Virus record (IMG/VR): IMGVR_UViG_3300045988_082433
From: a virus
Direction: 5' to 3' (one strand)
DNA: 33,862 nucleotides
The stretch's first letter is position 1. Each line of letters starts with the position of its first letter. Made by a program: the position numbers and the translations under genes. Shown here piece by piece: positions 31,139 to 33,862 of the stretch. The notes under the pieces are model-generated. The model was not told the origin of the DNA. It saw only the letters and a program-made list of their open reading frames with translations, and did not search any database.

Positions 31139-32185
31139 TTATTCGTCCCATTTTATTGTGGTGGGTAGGGCATCCCCAAAAGTAGGCACCACATACATTC
31201 CCCCATATTCGTAAACTTCGCAAAGTTCTGTAATTCTTAGGTTTTGTGTAGTGTTCCACTTTTTCTTCTTTACCGTCACAACATCCCCCAGGTCATAATC
31301 TTTTCCGTAAATAAAATTAACGTCCGCTTCTGCTTCTGCTTCAAAGTTTTCAAAAATCTTATTTTCTTTCAAATATTCTTGTCCCCTGCTCCGCAATGCT
31401 TCCAGGTATTCTTTTTCTGTCAGTTCGTCTTTGTTTATGTCCTTGGCATCCAAAAACACTTCCCGTAAATCAAACCCGGTTCCGCCGCCCACTGTCACAT
31501 ATACACGGTTTGCCCCCTCTCCGGCACCGCCCACAATAACCTTTGTTTTCATGGTTGCGTCACTGTAATTATGCTTTGCCTGGTTCAGATTATCGTAACT
31601 TTCAGAAAAAATAACCCTTGGGTTTTTCCCTTGTGCCTGGGTTCTGTCTATGCCTTTGTAGGTTTCAAACGTCATGGTCTTTTTCTTAAAATCCGGCACC
31701 ACTCTGAAACCTATTTCCGCATACTTCGCCATTTTTATAATATATTCCAGTACATTTTTATAAGTGGCCTGGAACTGCACTTTGGTTGTGTCCTCCGTAT
31801 CTGCTCCAATCTGCAAAAGCGGTATTTTTTCCATACGGTTTATCATGTAGTGCATGGCATCTTCTACCGTTCCGCTAAAATTGAATAACGGCCCGGTCAG
31901 CCTGTCCCCCAGATATATTGGTAAAAAATGCCCGTTTCTGGTTATTTCATTTACAAGGGTGCTTTCTTCCTCTGCCTGGTCCCCTCTTATCACGGCGGCT
32001 TCCGCCTTGTTATCTCCCTTTGTGATAATATTTCCCGGCTGTAAAAGCCTTAAATTTTCCGCTGTTACTGGGCAATGAAGTTCAAATGTTCCGCACTCAT
32101 AATATTTGCGGTGCCATTGTAGGGATGTGTGATTTTCAATATGGCCTAAACGCCGCAAATTCCTGTCATAAACGTGTATTTCCAT
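31139..32185 (-). CDS. Tal-like tail protein (Siphovirus Gp37-like N-terminal family)
   Basis: MEIHVYDRNLRRLGHIENHTSLQWHRKYYECGTFELHCP is the characteristic N-terminus of this family. It follows Dit. Confidence 0.6.
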   Translation of the reverse strand: MEIHVYDRNLRRLGHIENHTSLQWHRKYYECGTFELHCPVTAENLRLLQPGNIITKGDNKAEAAVIRGDQAEEESTLVNEITRNGHFLPIYLGDRLTGPLFNFSGTVEDAMHYMINRMEKIPLLQIGADTEDTTKVQFQATYKNVLEYIIKMAKYAEIGFRVVPDFKKKTMTFETYKGIDRTQAQGKNPRVIFSESYDNLNQAKHNYSDATMKTKVIVGGAGEGANRVYVTVGGGTGFDLREVFLDAKDINKDELTEKEYLEALRSRGQEYLKENKIFENFEAEAEADVNFIYGKDYDLGDVVTVKKKKWNTTQNLRITELCEVYEYGGMYVVPTFGDALPTTIKWDE

Positions 32186-32189
32186 ATCA

Positions 32190-33140
32190 TCACACCCCCA
32201 AATAAGAAATTCTGTAATACACGGAAACAGAAAGGTAATTGGTTCCCTCGTCCGCTGAGTAGGTCAACGTATTTGTTCCGTCCTGTAACTGTATAAAGCC
32301 CCCGTCCTCGTCCAGGTATTCATTTATAACAGTTCCGAACTTTTCAATTACCGTGTCCCAGTCAATTACGCCATAGGCGTTTTTGTAACTCTCAATTTCC
32401 GCCTGGGTCACTCCGTCCAAAAGATATACATTTTTCTTTCCTGTGTATGTATTTATGATGACATACTGGCCGGATGCCATGGTAAAATCATTGTCCAAAT
32501 ATCCAACCTTTGTAAATTCTCCGCTTTCTGCATGATATATGGCCGGGTTCTTCACGGCTCCGTCTGCCCGGAAGATTACCACAATACCTATGTTGTCGGC
32601 TCCGCTGTCATTTTCAATTTCTTTTACCAGGTCCGCTTCTCTGTGCCCAAATATGCGACCCTCTTCCGGGAAACACGCCGGAAAATAAAAATCACTTACC
32701 CATGAAGCCATTACCACTTCAATATCTGCCAGGTCTTTAAAATACGGGTCTGTACACTTCAATGAAATGGTGTAATCTCTTACAACGCCCGTTGTTGCAC
32801 CCGGTATGATGCTTTCCACCTCATATTCAATGGTTTTGGCTTCTCCGTCCTCTATGTACTGCATATTCCCTGTCCTTTTAATAGGGAATGTCCTGTACAA
32901 AAGATTTCTGTTTTCTCTGTAATTCCCGTCCATTTCCACGGTCAGCACAATATTTCTTTCCTTTGCTGTGGCTCCTTGGTATGTACTTCCGTCCGTGGTT
33001 GTGTTCTCACTTGTTACCACATTGGCTTCTATTCCGTAAATCCCCTCTATGTCTACCAGGTGGAACGGGGTAAACTCGTCCCAGGTAAAGGTTATGGACA
33101 CGTTTTTGTCGCTTGTGCATATCACTTTAATGTCTGACAC
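32190..33140 (-). CDS. Distal tail protein (Dit)
   Basis: 316 aa immediately after the tape measure gene. Beta-rich siphovirus tail-component pattern. Confidence 0.6.
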   Translation of the reverse strand: MSDIKVICTSDKNVSITFTWDEFTPFHLVDIEGIYGIEANVVTSENTTTDGSTYQGATAKERNIVLTVEMDGNYRENRNLLYRTFPIKRTGNMQYIEDGEAKTIEYEVESIIPGATTGVVRDYTISLKCTDPYFKDLADIEVVMASWVSDFYFPACFPEEGRIFGHREADLVKEIENDSGADNIGIVVIFRADGAVKNPAIYHAESGEFTKVGYLDNDFTMASGQYVIINTYTGKKNVYLLDGVTQAEIESYKNAYGVIDWDTVIEKFGTVINEYLDEDGGFIQLQDGTNTLTYSADEGTNYLSVSVYYRISYLGV

Positions 33141-33145
33141 TTCAT

Positions 33146-33862
33146 TTACCCCCTTTGTACTGCTAAAATCATGCTTCTTGTCTGTAATCTGGTTTGTCTT
33201 GCTACTTCATAAGGGCTTAACGCTTTTGGGCTTGAAATATTGATTGTCTGGCTATATCCGCCCTTTCCGCTTCCTGTGTTTTCCAGACTTCGGTTTCTGG
33301 CTGAACCTGTCAGCGGCGTAACAACTGCCTTTCCGTTTACCATGCTTAAAAGTTCCGGTCCGGCTTCTGCTACCATGGCCGTTCCCTCTCGCAACACTCC
33401 GCCCTTTGCCAAACGTGGCAATGATAATTCCCCGATACTTCCCAGGGAAACTCCTGGTATTTTATTGATAATTCCAATTACTCCATTTATCATGCGGATA
33501 AACTTATTTACAACGCCCTCTATTGTGGCAAGACAGGAATTGATTGCCGACTTAAAGGCATCCCCTACCGCTGAACCAATTTTTACGCCAACATCCACAA
33601 AACAGCCTTTTATCTTATCCCATAAACCAGAAAAGAAAGAAGTCACATTTGCAAAGGCGTTTTTAATATTGGTCCATGCGTTCTGAAACTGCGTGCCAAA
33701 CCACTGCGGCACTGCTGCCAGTGCGGTTTTAATTTCTGTCCACCTGGCACCGAACCAGGAACCAATTGTCGCAAATACACGGGTCACGTTATTGTATGCG
33801 TTTGTAAACATAGTAAGGAACCAGGTTGCCACCAACGCCAGGGCATTTTTAATGTCCTGCCA
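33146..33862 (-). CDS. Tail tape measure protein, C-terminal part (joins 1..2364 across the circular junction)
   Basis: The open frame runs to the window end, and its phase matches 1..2364 through the 87-bp overlap. Stop at 33146. Confidence 0.85.
   Translation of the reverse strand, partial: WQDIKNALALVATWFLTMFTNAYNNVTRVFATIGSWFGARWTEIKTALAAVPQWFGTQFQNAWTNIKNAFANVTSFFSGLWDKIKGCFVDVGVKIGSAVGDAFKSAINSCLATIEGVVNKFIRMINGVIGIINKIPGVSLGSIGELSLPRLAKGGVLREGTAMVAEAGPELLSMVNGKAVVTPLTGSARNRSLENTGSGKGGYSQTINISSPKALSPYEVARQTRLQTRSMILAVQRG

Noticed and set aside
33776-33862. The 87-bp end identity considered as a biological direct terminal repeat of a linear genome.
   Set aside because: It lies inside the tape measure ORF and preserves its reading frame across the junction. 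This is what a circularly closed assembly produces. The physical ends of this HNH/TerS/TerL phage are more likely cos sites near the packaging genes.

Overview
The window is a closed circular contig: bases 1-87 are identical to 33776-33862, so the unique length is 33,775 bp. It reads as a complete temperate siphovirus-type phage, possibly a phage-plasmid, of a Gram-positive (clostridial-looking) host. Every convincing gene except the XRE repressor (24357..24599, +) is on the minus strand. In transcription order (descending coordinates): (1) a lysogeny switch with repeated operators and a consensus early promoter (24.4-23.7 kb). (2) Small early genes, a 260-bp GC-rich ORF-free structured island, an IS30-family DDE transposase, and an IS30-HTH-like protein preceded by a repeat/promoter/terminator array (23.6-21.2 kb). 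(3) A C5 DNA methyltransferase split at a G8 tract, then small accessory genes (HAD phosphatase, MazG-like). (4) HUH Rep, ParA, ParB and a VRR-NUC nuclease (15.7-12.0 kb). (5) A putative late regulator, HNH, TerS, TerL, portal, ClpP-like protease, HK97-type capsid, connectors, major tail protein, a G/T chaperone pair with a -1 slippery site, the tape measure protein (crosses the window junction), Dit, Tal-like and fibre-like proteins. (6) A complete diversity-generating retroelement (target-avd-TR-RT, 29580-26628) and a holin/endolysin lysis cassette (26543-24681). No tRNA, rRNA or CRISPR array was seen. All homology statements come from motif recognition by eye, not from database searches.
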